Positions 62,567 through 64,000 of a DNA stretch of 64,000 nt are shown in pieces. Source of the stretch: Callorhinchus milii (taxonomy: Eukaryota); contig NW_024704743.1 in assembly GCF_018977255.1 (NCBI RefSeq), forward strand, positions 55,740,001 to 55,804,000, in the 5' to 3' direction. The position numbers and the translations under genes are program-made. Position 1 is the stretch's first letter. Each line of letters starts with the position of its first letter. The notes below the pieces were generated by a model, which searched no databases, had not been told where the DNA came from, and saw only the letters and a list, made by a program, of their open reading frames with translations.

Positions 62567-64000
62567 ACAAGACACACTGTTTACAAGAAGTCATTGCTAA
62601 GTGTCATTATTATAGCAGGTATCAGTGCAAATAGATTAACAATGAGGGTTTAATAAGGCTTACAGATATTTACAGTGGTCTGCAGCTGAAGTGGCACAAG
62701 AAAGCAATTCAGGAATGCTCCACGCTATTAATTCATCCTATAACTATAGCCATCCTCTTTTGAGTTTAATATGTGTGTGTGATGGTAGCCTTGTGCCTCA
62801 CTTGTATTGCACCGTTAGCACTGATTTGACCCAGAAAGTACATTGCTAGAACACTTAAGTATGCAGCATAAAAATGGTTTTATGGGAATCAATTTTATTC
62901 TGAGCCCTGCTCCTGAGGTCACCTCCAAGGGGAAGTTTTGGAATGGAATCGAAGTATCGGCCACAGTATTAATCTGGCTTGACTTCAGTCGCCTTAAACT
63001 GCTAAATTTCATTAAAAAGCCGATCACACTCTCAGCTGGGGATAGGGCGGGTAAATGGATCAGCCATGATCTTATTAAATGGTGGGGCAGGCTCGTGGGG
63101 CTGAATGGCCTACACCTGCTCCTACGTCTTATGGTCTTATGGTCAGCTCTTTCTCAACAATGATTAGCAGAGTCCTGTGTTACCCATGCGCAAAGCTCTC
63201 CTTGGCCCTTGGCAATTTGAAGTTGGAAATATTGTATAAATGCATTTTCCCACTGCATAATCACTTCACAACTGGAAGCAGTATAACAAGGGCATTAGTC
63301 ATCATGAGGTGGACCTGCAACGCTGTTTTTTATATATTACAATATAACTTTTTTTCTTATGCTCACCTTTAGAAAGAAAATGCTTCAAAATGGTCGATAT
63401 CCTTCATAATAATAATCCTTACATTTAATATAGGGTGTTATCATGTTGCGCGACATCTCACAGTGCTTTGCAGAATATACTGTAAAGTGAATTGACCATA
63501 TATTTTGTGGGTGAAACTTTGCAGCATTTCATCCATCCATGAATCCATTAATTTCTTAATTAAGAAGTCCGAGTGGGGACTCCATCCAATAACTGCTTCC
63601 AAAATAACTCTTTCCATTACACAATCACTTCTTTCCAGCTTAAAGGAATTGCAATCCAGAATAATGGATTGAACATTCATGCGAGATGGCAGCTTGGAAT
63701 TCTGGATTTCTTAAAAACTTCATTGAGAAATTCTGCAAATTCAAGTTCCAATGTAAGATTGCGACCTTCATTGTGAACTGCGAGAGTAGCACTGTACAGT
63801 ATATGTATCAGAGTATGGGGACAAGATCCTCAAGATCAGTTAGGAATCCAGAACCTGATCTTTTGCTTGCTTGATCCAATAAATGTCATCAAGATATGAA
63901 TCTCATAAAATGCCTTTTCAGGCATTTTATCTGTTTAAAACAGTCAGTGTTTTGTGTATTTGGCACATTCAAACTAATCCCTTGGCTGACTGCAATAAAC

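Overview
Repeat-rich vertebrate genomic DNA. The repeats are SacSINE1/Deu-domain SINEs, a young tRNA-Ala-headed SINE with an L2-type tail, and L2 and CR1 LINE fragments. This content suggests a cartilaginous fish, probably a chimaera such as the elephant shark (inference). The only clean coding call is the last exon of an unnamed + strand gene (381-485), with a 3'UTR running to about 2.95 kb. A candidate - strand terminal exon (3398-3564) faces it tail-to-tail. Upstream of that exon I found by eye a chain of exon-like segments with mostly canonical splice sites and mostly multiple-of-3 lengths, but with stop codons in every frame. A similar + strand chain lies at 33-58 kb, downstream of a CpG-rich, CRE-containing promoter-like island (about 29.5 kb). 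These could be decayed unitary pseudogenes or lncRNAs, stop-recoded genes, or partly chance pseudo-exons; I could not name the proteins. Other structure: an unclassified ~550 bp repeat family, MITE-like inverted repeats, a 92 bp palindrome, a solo LTR, a ~60 bp minisatellite and several L2 insertions with target-site duplications. Most ORFs in the supplied track are repeat-derived noise. Repeat coordinates are approximate (about +/-10 bp).
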